Shown: one piece after another, positions 55,764-64,000 of the stretch
Numbering within the stretch: the stretch's first letter is position 1
Layout: every line of letters starts with the position of its first letter
Source: Burkholderiaceae bacterium
Lineage (GTDB): Bacteria > Pseudomonadota > Gammaproteobacteria > Burkholderiales > Burkholderiaceae_E
Length of the DNA stretch: 64,000 nucleotides
Assembly (NCBI GenBank): GCA_049423065.1
Contig: JBMSQB010000006.1
Span: 4,435 to 68,434, forward strand
Direction: 5' to 3'
The notes under the pieces: model-generated
Told to the model about the DNA's origin: nothing
The model's database searches: none
What the model saw: the letters and a program-made list of their open reading frames with translations, nothing else
Made by a program: the position numbers and the translations under genes

Positions 55764-56327
55764 TCAGCCTGCCTCGCGAAGCGGCGGCGCACCCTCAGGC
55801 GGCATGATCTGCCCGGTATTGAGAACGAACGCAATCGTGGTGTAGTAGCCGCAGAGCCCAACCAGGTCGAGTACGCCCGCCCGGCCAAAGCGGCTTACGG
55901 CTTCTTCATAGACCGGGCCAGGGGCTGCGCCACAACGGAACGTGCCCAACACGAAATCATGAATCACGCGCTGGTCGTCGTTCATGTCGTGCGGGATTTC
56001 ATTTCTCTGAATGGCGCGGATGATGCCGTCGGGCAGATCAGTGCGGGTGCGCGCAATGCGTTCATGAGCGAACCATTCGTACTGGCAGGTCCAGTGTCGA
56101 GCGACGAGCAGAATGGCCAGTTCGATCAGCGCGGGCGAGAGGGTGGACCGAAAACGCAGATATTCGCCCACCTGCTCAAGAACATCGGTGAGGTCGGGGT
56201 TGTGAAGCAGCGCGAGAAAGGGACCGCGGACCGAGCCGCGAGGACCACCGGAAATTTTTGCCGCAATCTCCTTCTGGCGCGGCGTCAGCTGGTCGTCCGG
56301 GATTGCAGGAAAACGGGGTGTGCTCAC
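55764..56327 (-). CDS. Carboxymuconolactone decarboxylase (CMD/AhpD-like)-family protein
   Basis: LIELAILLVARHWTCQYEWFAHE matches the CMD-family core. The GTG start at 56327 is preceded by GGAGA; the track's TTG at 56345 is less likely. Confidence 0.75.
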   Translation of the reverse strand: MSTPRFPAIPDDQLTPRQKEIAAKISGGPRGSVRGPFLALLHNPDLTDVLEQVGEYLRFRSTLSPALIELAILLVARHWTCQYEWFAHERIARTRTDLPDGIIRAIQRNEIPHDMNDDQRVIHDFVLGTFRCGAAPGPVYEEAVSRFGRAGVLDLVGLCGYYTTIAFVLNTGQIMPPEGAPPLREAG

Positions 56328-56468
56328 GATCGATCTCCAGTTCAAGGTATTCCGATTCTAGCAACCATGAGCGCTTGACACTCTGCGGCATTGAGCGCGA
56401 CGATGCGTGAGAAGCCGCAGGTTGTCCTCATCTCGACCGAATCGTTGTGGCCTGCCAGGGAGACTTTG

Positions 56469-57434
56469 ATGCGCGCGCTGATACTGGTTCTTGCGTCGTT
56501 CGGCCTGATCGCTGCCGCACCGGCGGCCCGATCGGATACCTTTCCGAGCGAAACCATTCGGATCATCGTGCCGTATGCGGCAGGCGGAATTGCCGACGTG
56601 CTGGCCCGTCTGGTCGGCGTACGGATGGAGTCCGCGTTTCGGCAACCGGTGATTGTGGAAAACAAGGCGGGTGCAAACGGCACCATTGCGCAGCAGTTCG
56701 TGGCGGGGGCCAAGCCCGATGGCTACACACTGCTGCTGGGCAACACCAGCACGCAGGTGGTCAACGCGCACCTGTACACCAAACTTCCGATCAACATTGC
56801 CAAGGCGTTTCAGCCCATCGGCCTGATCGCTGCTTCGCCAATGATGCTGGTGGTGTCCGCGTCGAGCCCAGCCGGCAATGTTGCCGATCTGCTGGCGGCT
56901 GCGCGTGCCAGCGCCGCACCGCTCAATTTTGGGTCGGCCGGCAACGGTTCGGCTTCACATCTGTCGCTGGTGCTGCTTGCAACCCAGGGCAAGGTCTCGC
57001 TCAATCATGTGCCCTACAAAGGCACGGCACAGATCGCCCCTGACCTGATCGGGGGGCGGCTCGATGCCTACTTTGATGTACCGATCACAGCCATGCCGCT
57101 CCTCAAGTCGGGCAAGCTGAAGGCAATTGGCGTGGCAAGCCGTGATTCTCAACCCGCGCTTCCTGGTGTGGCGCCGATTGCGGCAACGCTGCCCGGCTTC
57201 GAAATGACCACGTGGCTTGGATTGTTCGGCCCGGCCGGTGTTCCGAAGGAGCGCGTCGACCGGCTGAACCGTACGCTCGCGACCATCCTGTCCGAACCCG
57301 CACTCCGTCAGCAACTGATCGACCAGGGAAACGAAGTCCGTCCCGGTACCGCGGCAGAATTCGAATCGTTCATCGCGAGCGAGATGACCCGCATTGGTGA
57401 GGTGATTCGCGCTGCGGGCATCAAACTCGACTGA
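56469..57434 (+). CDS. Bug/TctC-family substrate-binding protein (orphan)
   Basis: Signal peptide plus FPSETIRIIVPYAAGGIADVLAR and FGSAGNGSASHL. Start at the ATG at 56469. Confidence 0.85.
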   Translation: MRALILVLASFGLIAAAPAARSDTFPSETIRIIVPYAAGGIADVLARLVGVRMESAFRQPVIVENKAGANGTIAQQFVAGAKPDGYTLLLGNTSTQVVNAHLYTKLPINIAKAFQPIGLIAASPMMLVVSASSPAGNVADLLAAARASAAPLNFGSAGNGSASHLSLVLLATQGKVSLNHVPYKGTAQIAPDLIGGRLDAYFDVPITAMPLLKSGKLKAIGVASRDSQPALPGVAPIAATLPGFEMTTWLGLFGPAGVPKERVDRLNRTLATILSEPALRQQLIDQGNEVRPGTAAEFESFIASEMTRIGEVIRAAGIKLD

Positions 57435-57474
57435 TATTGCTGTCCCGATCAAGCCCTCACCCAAGGACGACCCG

Positions 57475-57891
57475 ATGGCCCGCATCCGTCATATCGCCAT
57501 TGCCACGCAGGACCCCGACAAGGCACTTGAGTTCTATTCCAACACCTTTGGTTTCAGAAAGCTGAAGGCGCTCGACAACGAGCGCGCGCGCGGCTACATG
57601 GTGACCGACGGTTCGATCAACATCGTGCTGCTCAAATTCAAGACCGACCAGCTGGGCAAGGGCATGGACTACGTGGGGTTGCACCACTTCGGCGTCTACA
57701 CCGATGACGCAGACGATGTTGTGGAGCGCGTGTTTTCCAACGGGGGCGAGCAGTACATCGACGAGATGGAACTCAAGCCCGTGGATGACGGCAAATACCG
57801 TCGCCCCGACAAATTCCGCGGCTTCGAGGGCATGGTGTTCGATGTTGCCGATGCCCCCTGGCCGGGCACCCGCGAATACGACGAAAAGTAG
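57475..57891 (+). CDS. VOC (glyoxalase/bleomycin-resistance/dioxygenase) family protein
   Basis: MARIRHIAIATQDPDKALEFYSNTFGF and GLHHFGV are typical of a single VOC module. Confidence 0.8.
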   Translation: MARIRHIAIATQDPDKALEFYSNTFGFRKLKALDNERARGYMVTDGSINIVLLKFKTDQLGKGMDYVGLHHFGVYTDDADDVVERVFSNGGEQYIDEMELKPVDDGKYRRPDKFRGFEGMVFDVADAPWPGTREYDEK

Positions 57892-57903
57892 ACCCTGGGG
57901 CGT

Positions 57904-60105
57904 CTAGCGCGCAAGCGGATCAGGTCTTACCTGAATCTGAACCGCGCGTGGCCGCGAGCCTTTTCCGCCCTCCATGAGCCAGGGCGTGCGGTCGCCGCTC
58001 GTGCTCCAGAGTCCGCGCCCCTTCCAGCCGGCGGCGGGGTCGTCGATTCGGCCGTCCATTCCCTTGGCGTAAAACCCCATCGGGTAGGGGATCCGCAGGC
58101 TCACCATCTTGCCGTCCTTGAAGGCGACAAAGCCGTCGTTCAGATTGGCGGTTGAGATCGGAACATTCGGTCCAAGACCCAGCGTGTTGTGATGATCCAC
58201 CCAGGTGTAGTAACTGGCCTCCGCGCTGCTGTCGGGTACTCCATCAAAGCCCGGTCCGGGGTATCGGTGCAGGGACCAGCCTTCGGGGCAGTGGTCACCG
58301 GTGGCGGATGGCCCGTTCAAGGAGCCCTTGCAAAGGCGACGGTCGAACCGACCGAGGTGTCCGCTGGACATGGAAGCCCACAGCACGCCGTCCAGATCAA
58401 TATCGCCGCCGCGGATGCCGAGCGCCTCTTTGGGAATTGCGTAGAACTCGCTCAATCGGGTGACCGGGTCAAATCGCAGAAAGCCGGCGCGGCCTGCAAA
58501 CGTACCGCTTGAATACCAGATCGAGCCATCTCGAGGATGGGGCATGACTGCATAGGGCCCGGATCCGGGATTGAAGCGGGTGTCGCGCGCGCTGTCTGCG
58601 GGTTTGCCCGGTTCGGTCCATTCGTCGAGTTTGCCGTTGCCGTTGGTGTCAAGAACGAACGGGGCCCATCCTTGCGCGGCTGCGGCATCTCCGGTTTCGT
58701 CATAGTGGCGGGTGTTGATCCAGCCCGCCACCTGGCCGGTGCCGCTGAACCAGAGTGTGTGTGCGGCGTCGTAACCAAACTGCGGATGGTGGGTGCCGAA
58801 ACAGGTGTCGAGAAAATGATATTTGCCGGTCTTCGGATCAAGCATCGCAACTTGTCGGGAAGACTGCTGCAGGGGAAACACCTTCGCTGACGGATGCGAG
58901 GAGCCTGATTTGCAGAAATCAGGGTTGGGCTGCGCCCGAACCGATGCAGCCATCCAGAGGCGACCCTGATGATCGAACATCGCGTTGTGATTGTTGGCTC
59001 GGGTGTCCCAGAGAATGCGCTCACCCCAGTAGGGAGAGGGCTGCATCGGCTCCACCGCTCCCGCGTGACCAGGACCCAGCGAAACCGGCATGTGCGGATC
59101 GCGCACCGGCATCCTGTAGGTGGTGACCTCATGCGTCTTCGGATTCAGAATCGGCATGTTGTCGGTGCTGTACTCGGGAGACCCGTAGAGTAGGCCCCAT
59201 GCGTTGACGGTGGGCTTGCGGCGATCGGAGGAAATCAGATCGTGCAGATATTTGTCGGGGTCAGACCACTCCCAGGAGGTGATGACGATGTTCCGCTCTA
59301 CACCCTGCGGGCGCTCCGGACGATGCTTCGGTAATTCGCCCCTAGCGATACGGTCTGTCCAGTCGCCGAAATAACGGAAAGGCGCGCCGCCAAACTGGCC
59401 GGCGATGCGCAGCGTCATCGAGTGTCCCGACTGACCCGACTGAATCCGCCTGACCCATGCTTCCTGACCCGATGCGAAGTGCCCCAGCTGCGCGGGGATG
59501 GTCCGGGTGGAGGCCTGGCCGAGCTGATGACAGCCGATGCAGTCGACGTTGTTCATCTGCCGCAACCAGTCGCCGCGGCTGATCTGTTTCGGGATATCGG
59601 TGGATCCGCCAAACGCTTCGGGCGGCGGAATCTTCATCATGGTGTACCAGTAGATTGCCGGGTAGTAGTGGGCGGCTGACGCTGCGTCGGGCGCGGGAAC
59701 GGCTCGAAGGTGAAGTGTTTGCCCCGGTTTGGCGGTCAGCCTGGGCGAGTCGACCAGACCGTATCCCCTCACCCAGACCGAATAGTTGGCTACCGGCAAA
59801 TCGGGCAGCAGATATCGGCCGTGATCGTCGGTGACCACGATTCGTGTGAAGCGGGTGGGCAGGTCGGAGGTTTCCGCGATCACCCAGACGCCGGCCTCGG
59901 GTCCGGCAGCCCCAGTGACCACACCTGCTATGTCGGCAGGGCCTGGCGACCCTGCGCTCGGGGTCGTTGCAGTGCCGGCATTCTGCGACCATGCGAAACC
60001 GGTGTGCAGCGCGATCCAGACGAGGCTGATGATCAGGAGCGTCGGGAGAATTCTCGCGCCCGGCAGTTGCCGGGACAATCCGCTTGCATCGTGATCTCGA
60101 TTCAT
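57904..60105 (-). CDS. Secreted protein with a CarboxypepD_reg-like N-terminal domain, one c-type haem-binding motif (CIGCH) and a large uncharacterised C-terminal domain
   Basis: Signal/anchor ILPTLLIISLVWIALHTGFAWS. VVTDDHGRYLLPDLPVANYSVWVRGYG is typical of carboxypeptidase-regulatory-like beta-sandwiches. CXXCH is verified on the DNA at 59527-59541 (TGC ATC GGC TGT CAT on the minus strand). The remaining 540 aa or so are Trp/Gly/His/Asp-rich. Confidence 0.6.
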   Translation of the reverse strand: MNRDHDASGLSRQLPGARILPTLLIISLVWIALHTGFAWSQNAGTATTPSAGSPGPADIAGVVTGAAGPEAGVWVIAETSDLPTRFTRIVVTDDHGRYLLPDLPVANYSVWVRGYGLVDSPRLTAKPGQTLHLRAVPAPDAASAAHYYPAIYWYTMMKIPPPEAFGGSTDIPKQISRGDWLRQMNNVDCIGCHQLGQASTRTIPAQLGHFASGQEAWVRRIQSGQSGHSMTLRIAGQFGGAPFRYFGDWTDRIARGELPKHRPERPQGVERNIVITSWEWSDPDKYLHDLISSDRRKPTVNAWGLLYGSPEYSTDNMPILNPKTHEVTTYRMPVRDPHMPVSLGPGHAGAVEPMQPSPYWGERILWDTRANNHNAMFDHQGRLWMAASVRAQPNPDFCKSGSSHPSAKVFPLQQSSRQVAMLDPKTGKYHFLDTCFGTHHPQFGYDAAHTLWFSGTGQVAGWINTRHYDETGDAAAAQGWAPFVLDTNGNGKLDEWTEPGKPADSARDTRFNPGSGPYAVMPHPRDGSIWYSSGTFAGRAGFLRFDPVTRLSEFYAIPKEALGIRGGDIDLDGVLWASMSSGHLGRFDRRLCKGSLNGPSATGDHCPEGWSLHRYPGPGFDGVPDSSAEASYYTWVDHHNTLGLGPNVPISTANLNDGFVAFKDGKMVSLRIPYPMGFYAKGMDGRIDDPAAGWKGRGLWSTSGDRTPWLMEGGKGSRPRAVQIQVRPDPLAR

Positions 60106-60228
60106 TGCAGCCTCGCGCCCCGAATGATGGTGTGTCGATCGTGGACATGCATGCCTGCGTCGTCAAGCCTCAAGCTGCTACGATCGGAACAGGTGCTGCA
60201 GCCATCGACACTCTGACCGGAGCCGCAT

Positions 60229-60993
60229 ATGGAACTTCCCCGTAATACCTTCAAGCACGCGCTCGCTGCGGGTAGCCCGCAGATCGGCCTGTGGTCCACG
60301 CTGTCATCCAGTCTTACGGTGGAGTTGCTCGCCGGCGCAGGCTTCGACTGGATGCTGCTCGACATGGAGCATTCACCCAACGATCTGGAGTCGCTCTTTT
60401 GCCAGCTGCAGGCCGCCCAGCCCTATCCCACGCATGCCGTGGTACGGGTGCCCTGGAACGACGCCGTCATGCTGAAGCGGGTGCTCGATATCGGCGCCCA
60501 GTCGGTGCTTGTACCCATGATCGACAACGCCGAACAGGCGAGGGCGGCGGTGGCTGCAATGCGTTATCCGCCACGTGGCATTCGCGGGGTGGGGGGCACC
60601 ACGCGCGCCACGCGTTGGGGGCGTATCCAGAATTATCCGCAGCGTGCGGAGTCTGAGCTGTGCATCCTGCTGCAGGTGGAGACCGTGACATCGCTGGACC
60701 AGATCGAAGCAATCGCTGCAGTGGACGGGGTGGACGGCATTTTCGTGGGACCCGCCGATTTGCACGCATCGTTCGGGCATGTGGGCGAGCGCCACCACCC
60801 CGACGTCTGGCCGAAAATTGAAGAGGCAATCCGGCGCATTCGAGCCGCGGGACGGGCGCCAGGCTTTCTGACCTCGCACGAACAGGACGCGCGGCGCATT
60901 CTCGAGATTGGCGGGCAGTTTGTGGCCGTGGGCTCGGACGCGTCGCTGCTTGCCTCGGCCGCGGATTCCCTCAAAAAACGCTTCCTTGGCTGA
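60229..60993 (+). CDS. HpcH/HpaI-family aldolase (2-keto-3-deoxy-acid aldolase)
   Basis: NTFKHALAAGSPQIGLW, DWMLLDMEHSPND, YPPRGIRGVG and DGIFVGPADL motifs. Confidence 0.9.
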   Translation: MELPRNTFKHALAAGSPQIGLWSTLSSSLTVELLAGAGFDWMLLDMEHSPNDLESLFCQLQAAQPYPTHAVVRVPWNDAVMLKRVLDIGAQSVLVPMIDNAEQARAAVAAMRYPPRGIRGVGGTTRATRWGRIQNYPQRAESELCILLQVETVTSLDQIEAIAAVDGVDGIFVGPADLHASFGHVGERHHPDVWPKIEEAIRRIRAAGRAPGFLTSHEQDARRILEIGGQFVAVGSDASLLASAADSLKKRFLG

Positions 60994-61014
60994 ACGGCGC
61001 GCGGCGGGTCAGCG

Positions 61015-61605
61015 CTAGCGGCGGTTCAGCCAGGTGGTGCAGGCCTCGTAGAGCGCCTGTTGCGCGGGCGAGTTGTGTTCGATCAGGTCGGGCGTGATGC
61101 GCGCGCCCCCTTGCGACTGCACATAGGCGATATGCCGGTAAGCGCGCGGCAGCGTGGCAAGCCTTGAGGAATCCAGCTTGAGGCTTGCCTGGGGGTCGAC
61201 CGGATCAAGACGGTCTTTCTCGTGAATGGGGTCGCGCTGCACGATTCGCCATTCCCCTTGAGCGCAGACGAGCCGGTCAAAAAACCGACCCCATGCCGTG
61301 ATGTCGACGTCAACCCCGTCGACCTGTGCGCGCAACAGAAGCGTCATGCGGGTTTCAGCCAACGCGCGATCGCCGTTCACCCTGACGGTGGTGCCGCCCA
61401 GCGCGTGCTGCGCGAGCGGCGCGTTCGGGTTGGAGGCCGAGCGGATGGACGCCTCGATGAATTCCTCGGCCGTGCCCTCCATCCAGGTGGTCCGAACCCG
61501 CGCGCCTGGCCAATAGCAGGTGCGAAGCAGGTCCCACTGCCGGGTGTCGCGCCAGAGTGCCCAGGCGCGAATCAACCGCTCGATGCTCTGTGCGTCGTCA
61601 CTCAC
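61015..61605 (-). CDS. NTF2-like/SnoaL-family protein
   Basis: SIERLIRAWALWRDTRQWDLLRTCYWPGARV... is typical of SnoaL_4-like NTF2 folds. Start moved to the GTG at 61605, which overlaps the upstream Bug stop by 8 nt; the track's longer ORF would overlap about 110 nt. Confidence 0.65.
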   Translation of the reverse strand: MSDDAQSIERLIRAWALWRDTRQWDLLRTCYWPGARVRTTWMEGTAEEFIEASIRSASNPNAPLAQHALGGTTVRVNGDRALAETRMTLLLRAQVDGVDVDITAWGRFFDRLVCAQGEWRIVQRDPIHEKDRLDPVDPQASLKLDSSRLATLPRAYRHIAYVQSQGGARITPDLIEHNSPAQQALYEACTTWLNRR

Positions 61606-62572
61606 CGCTGATCCCCGCTTCTCTGAGGAAAGTGGGCCAGCGCTCGGCTTCGGCGCGGACGAACTGCTCGGTGCTGGCAGCATCCTGGTCGAGCATGCGC
61701 CAGCCACCGTCCTCCAGGCGCTTGCGAAGATCGGGCTGGGCCACCACCCGGCTCATCGCCTCACGAAGCCGATTGACCGCGGCCGGCGGGGTCCGGGCCG
61801 GGGCGAAGATGCCCAGCCAGCTTTCGAGCACCATGCCCGGCAGCCCCGCCTCGGTGGCGGTGGGCACACCCGGCAGCGACTTGTCGCGCTGCGAGCCCGA
61901 GGTGGCAATCGGCTTGATCCGGCCTGCCTCGATGAGCGGTTGCGCGGTCGTGGTGTTGTCAAAGAAGAGATCGACGCGACCGCCGACCAGGTCGGTGTAG
62001 GCGGCCTGCGCGCCCTTGTAGGGGATCTCGACCATCTGGATGTTGCCCAGACGTCGCAGCATGACCGCTGCCACGTGCTGGCCCGAGCCCGTGCCGCCGG
62101 TTGCCATGTTGAGTTTGCCGGGGTTTGCGCGAGCGTAGGCGAGCAGTTCGGCGAGCGTGCTCTGGGGCAGATCCCGGCGTGCAACCAGGCAGTAACTGAA
62201 ACTTGCGACCAGGGTGATCGGGATGAAATCGGTGGCCGGGTTGTATTGCGGATTCTTGTAGAGCCCGGCGTTGAGCGCCATGTTGGCGAGCCCGCCCACC
62301 ACCAGTGTGTAGCCGTCGGGGGCAGCAGCAGCAGCCACCTGGGTGCCCACCAGGGTTCCGCCTCCGGTCCGGTTTTCAACCACCACGCCTACGCCAAGTT
62401 CGGGTGACAGACGCTCGGCGACCAGGCGCCCAAGGTTGTCGTAACCGCCGCCCGGGGTGGTGGGAACGATGATGCGGACAGGGCGGCTGGGGTAGGCCTG
62501 GGCGTACAGCCACGGGCTTGCGAGCGCAGATGCCGATCCGATCACGACGGAACGTCGCGCCTGGTTGGGCAT
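61598..62572 (-). CDS. Bug/TctC-family substrate-binding protein (orphan)
   Basis: YPSRPVRIIVPTTPGGGYDNLGR and ATGGTGSGQH motifs, with an AGGAGA-like SD upstream. Confidence 0.85.
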   Translation of the reverse strand: MPNQARRSVVIGSASALASPWLYAQAYPSRPVRIIVPTTPGGGYDNLGRLVAERLSPELGVGVVVENRTGGGTLVGTQVAAAAAPDGYTLVVGGLANMALNAGLYKNPQYNPATDFIPITLVASFSYCLVARRDLPQSTLAELLAYARANPGKLNMATGGTGSGQHVAAVMLRRLGNIQMVEIPYKGAQAAYTDLVGGRVDLFFDNTTTAQPLIEAGRIKPIATSGSQRDKSLPGVPTATEAGLPGMVLESWLGIFAPARTPPAAVNRLREAMSRVVAQPDLRKRLEDGGWRMLDQDAASTEQFVRAEAERWPTFLREAGISGE

Positions 62573-62659
62573 GTCGGTCTCCTGTTGGCGGATGAGGCCA
62601 ACAGTCTAGCGGCTTTGCTCGCCGGTGACCCGGCGTGTCTCGTGTTCAGCCGGGCGCGG

Positions 62660-62791
62660 TCAGACAAGGCCCAGCGATTGCATCCAGGTGATCGGGAAAA
62701 ACATCAGTATCAGCCCGCCAGCGAGCGTCACCGTCAGAATTTCCGAGGTCACAATCATCAGTGCGCGCGAGAGACGTTTTACATCTTGCAT
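62660..62791 (-). CDS. Unlisted small ORF (43 aa) encoding a hydrophobic, probably single-pass membrane peptide
   Basis: Hand-translated: MQDVKRLSRALMIVTSEILTVTLAGGLILMFFPITWMQSLGLV, then TGA at 62660-62662. The ATG at 62791 is preceded by GGAGGA with a 5-nt spacer. It is below the ORF track's length cutoff and on the same strand as the downstream Bug gene. Confidence 0.4.
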   Translation of the reverse strand: MQDVKRLSRALMIVTSEILTVTLAGGLILMFFPITWMQSLGLV

Positions 62792-63079
62792 GATCGTCCT
62801 CCAATGGGACTTGCGATGCTTCGTACCCGGCCGGAAGTCGGGCGGGTGACGCTGTTACGCAACCTGCGTGCCAGGCGAACTGTCGGCGGGCCGTCAATGG
62901 GCGCGACTCGCTGACGGGCAGCAACCCGGAGGCTGCCCTTGGCTGCGCTGTCCGCGGACTGGTCAGCGCCTGGCGCGAGCCAAGTGCGGTGGCGCATTGC
63001 TCCCCGGCTCGGCTACCATCACCGCTGGCACTCGCCGGGTGCTGATGCCCGAAATCGCCTGTTGCACGGAGGAAATAAC

Positions 63080-64000
63080 GTGTCATTCGTTCCAAGACTC
63101 ATCGCCGCATTGGTGTTGCTCGCGGCTGCGTCGCCCGGATTCGCCGACCCCGCCTTTCCGGCCAAACCGATCACGATCGTGGTGCCATTTCCGCCGGGCG
63201 GATCCACAGACCGGGTCACACGGCTGATCACGCAGAAGCTGTCCGAGCACACGGGTCAACCGAGCATCGTGCAAAACCGGCCAGGCGCCGCGGGAGCGAT
63301 TGCTGCGCAGGCTGTTCTCTCGCAGCCAGCCGACGGCTACACCGTGTTCGTAGGCCACGTCGGCACCCACGCCATCGATCCGCACCTCAATACGCAGGTC
63401 GGGTTCGACGCGAACCGTGATTTCCGGCCCGTCACCTCGTTTTTTTCATTCCACAGCATCCTGGTCGTCCCAGCGTCGCTGCCGGCCAACAACGTGAAGG
63501 AACTGATTGCGCTCGCCAAGTCGCGCCAGGGTGGACTCACCTTCGCGTCGCAGGGCACCGGGACAGCCGGTCATTTCCTGGGCGAAATGTTTCAGCAGGT
63601 GGCTGGTGCGCCGATGGTGCATGTGCCAATGAAAGGGGCGGCGCAGGCAGTGACCGAGACGGTGGGGGGCAGGATCGACGTGCTGTTTTCGTCGTACCTG
63701 TCGGCCCAGGCATTTTTGAAGGAGGGCCGCCTGAAGGCGCTTGCCTATGCGGGACCGAAACGCTCCGCCATGCTGCCGGAGGTGCCAACGCTGGCCGAGC
63801 TCGGTATTCGCGATGTCGAATACGACCAGTGGTTCGGCTTCTTCGTTCCGGTGAAGGTTCCCGACGCGGTGGTGGCGCGGTTGAACGCTGAACTGGTTCG
63901 GGCCGCGCGTTCACCCGAGGTGACCGGCTCGATCGGCGGCCAGGACGCACATATCGTCACCTCCACACCCGAGGGCATGGCCCAGCAGATCGCCGCCGAC
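63080..64000 (+). CDS. Bug/TctC-family substrate-binding protein, 3' end outside the window
   Basis: It is absent from the ORF track because there is no stop before the window end. The GTG at 63080 is preceded by GGAGGA (63068-63073). Translation reads VSFVPRLIAALVLLAAASPGFADPAFPAKPITIVVPFPPGGSTDRVTR..., and the frame stays open for 307 codons to nt 64000 (...TSTPEGMAQQIAAD). Confidence 0.85.
   Translation, partial: MSFVPRLIAALVLLAAASPGFADPAFPAKPITIVVPFPPGGSTDRVTRLITQKLSEHTGQPSIVQNRPGAAGAIAAQAVLSQPADGYTVFVGHVGTHAIDPHLNTQVGFDANRDFRPVTSFFSFHSILVVPASLPANNVKELIALAKSRQGGLTFASQGTGTAGHFLGEMFQQVAGAPMVHVPMKGAAQAVTETVGGRIDVLFSSYLSAQAFLKEGRLKALAYAGPKRSAMLPEVPTLAELGIRDVEYDQWFGFFVPVKVPDAVVARLNAELVRAARSPEVTGSIGGQDAHIVTSTPEGMAQQIAAD

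Noticed and set aside
62868-63227. 119-aa plus-strand ORF, plus minus-strand ORFs at 62646-63095 and 62779-62997, in the large spacer
   Set aside because: The translations are Arg/Cys/Pro-rich and implausible. One overlaps the SD-supported Bug start at 63080 out of frame. None has an SD.

Overview
The window is visibly GC-rich (about two-thirds G+C by eye, not computed), densely coding chromosomal DNA. It looks betaproteobacterial, probably Burkholderiales. That placement is an inference from five Bug/TctC-family binding-protein paralogues, one complete TctCBA system, two TRAP systems, and the gene order thrS-infC-rpmI-rplT-pheS-pheT-ihfA-merR followed by tRNA-Pro.

Layout:
- 1-6.6 kb: the 3' end of a giant cysteine-free Ig/cadherin-like surface protein, then a putative outer-membrane beta-barrel, a WecA/MraY-type phosphoglycosyl transferase and a membrane-anchored coiled-coil protein.
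- 6.7-15.7 kb: a Bug protein, YaeQ, a DMT-aminotransferase-MFS operon, and a split iron-type ABC system whose ATPase is coupled to an FGE/SUMF1-domain protein.
- 15.8-24.5 kb: tRNA-Val(GAC), a solitary HNH protein, the translation-factor/ribosomal/Phe-tRNA-ligase core block and tRNA-Pro(GGG).
- 24.7-64 kb: transport and catabolic operons. These include a 2OG oxygenase with a Pot-like ABC system, upp, tctCBA, two dctPQM sets, a MetE-like/epimerase/GNAT operon, a six-gene operon ending in otnK-otnC-otnI, PhyH/FAD-monooxygenase/IclR, FAH, CMD, VOC, an HpcH aldolase, a secreted CXXCH protein and more Bug genes.

I saw no CRISPR array, IS element, integrase, prophage or recognisable defence or toxin-antitoxin module, so I cannot point to one clear novel system.

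The candidates most worth follow-up:
- the adhesin locus and its internal Leu-rich helical repeat array;
- the six-gene operon joining Gfo/Idh/MocA, a DUF993-like protein and a TIM-barrel protein to otnKCI;
- the MetE-like/epimerase/GNAT operon;
- the secreted CarboxypepD_reg-like protein with a single CXXCH motif;
- an unlisted 43-codon membrane ORF with a strong SD next to about 290 nt of unexplained GC-rich spacer;
- non-AUG (ATC) starts inferred for infC and possibly tctA.

All product calls rest on reading motifs in the supplied translations. Start codons were re-derived by hand. No database search or computation was run.
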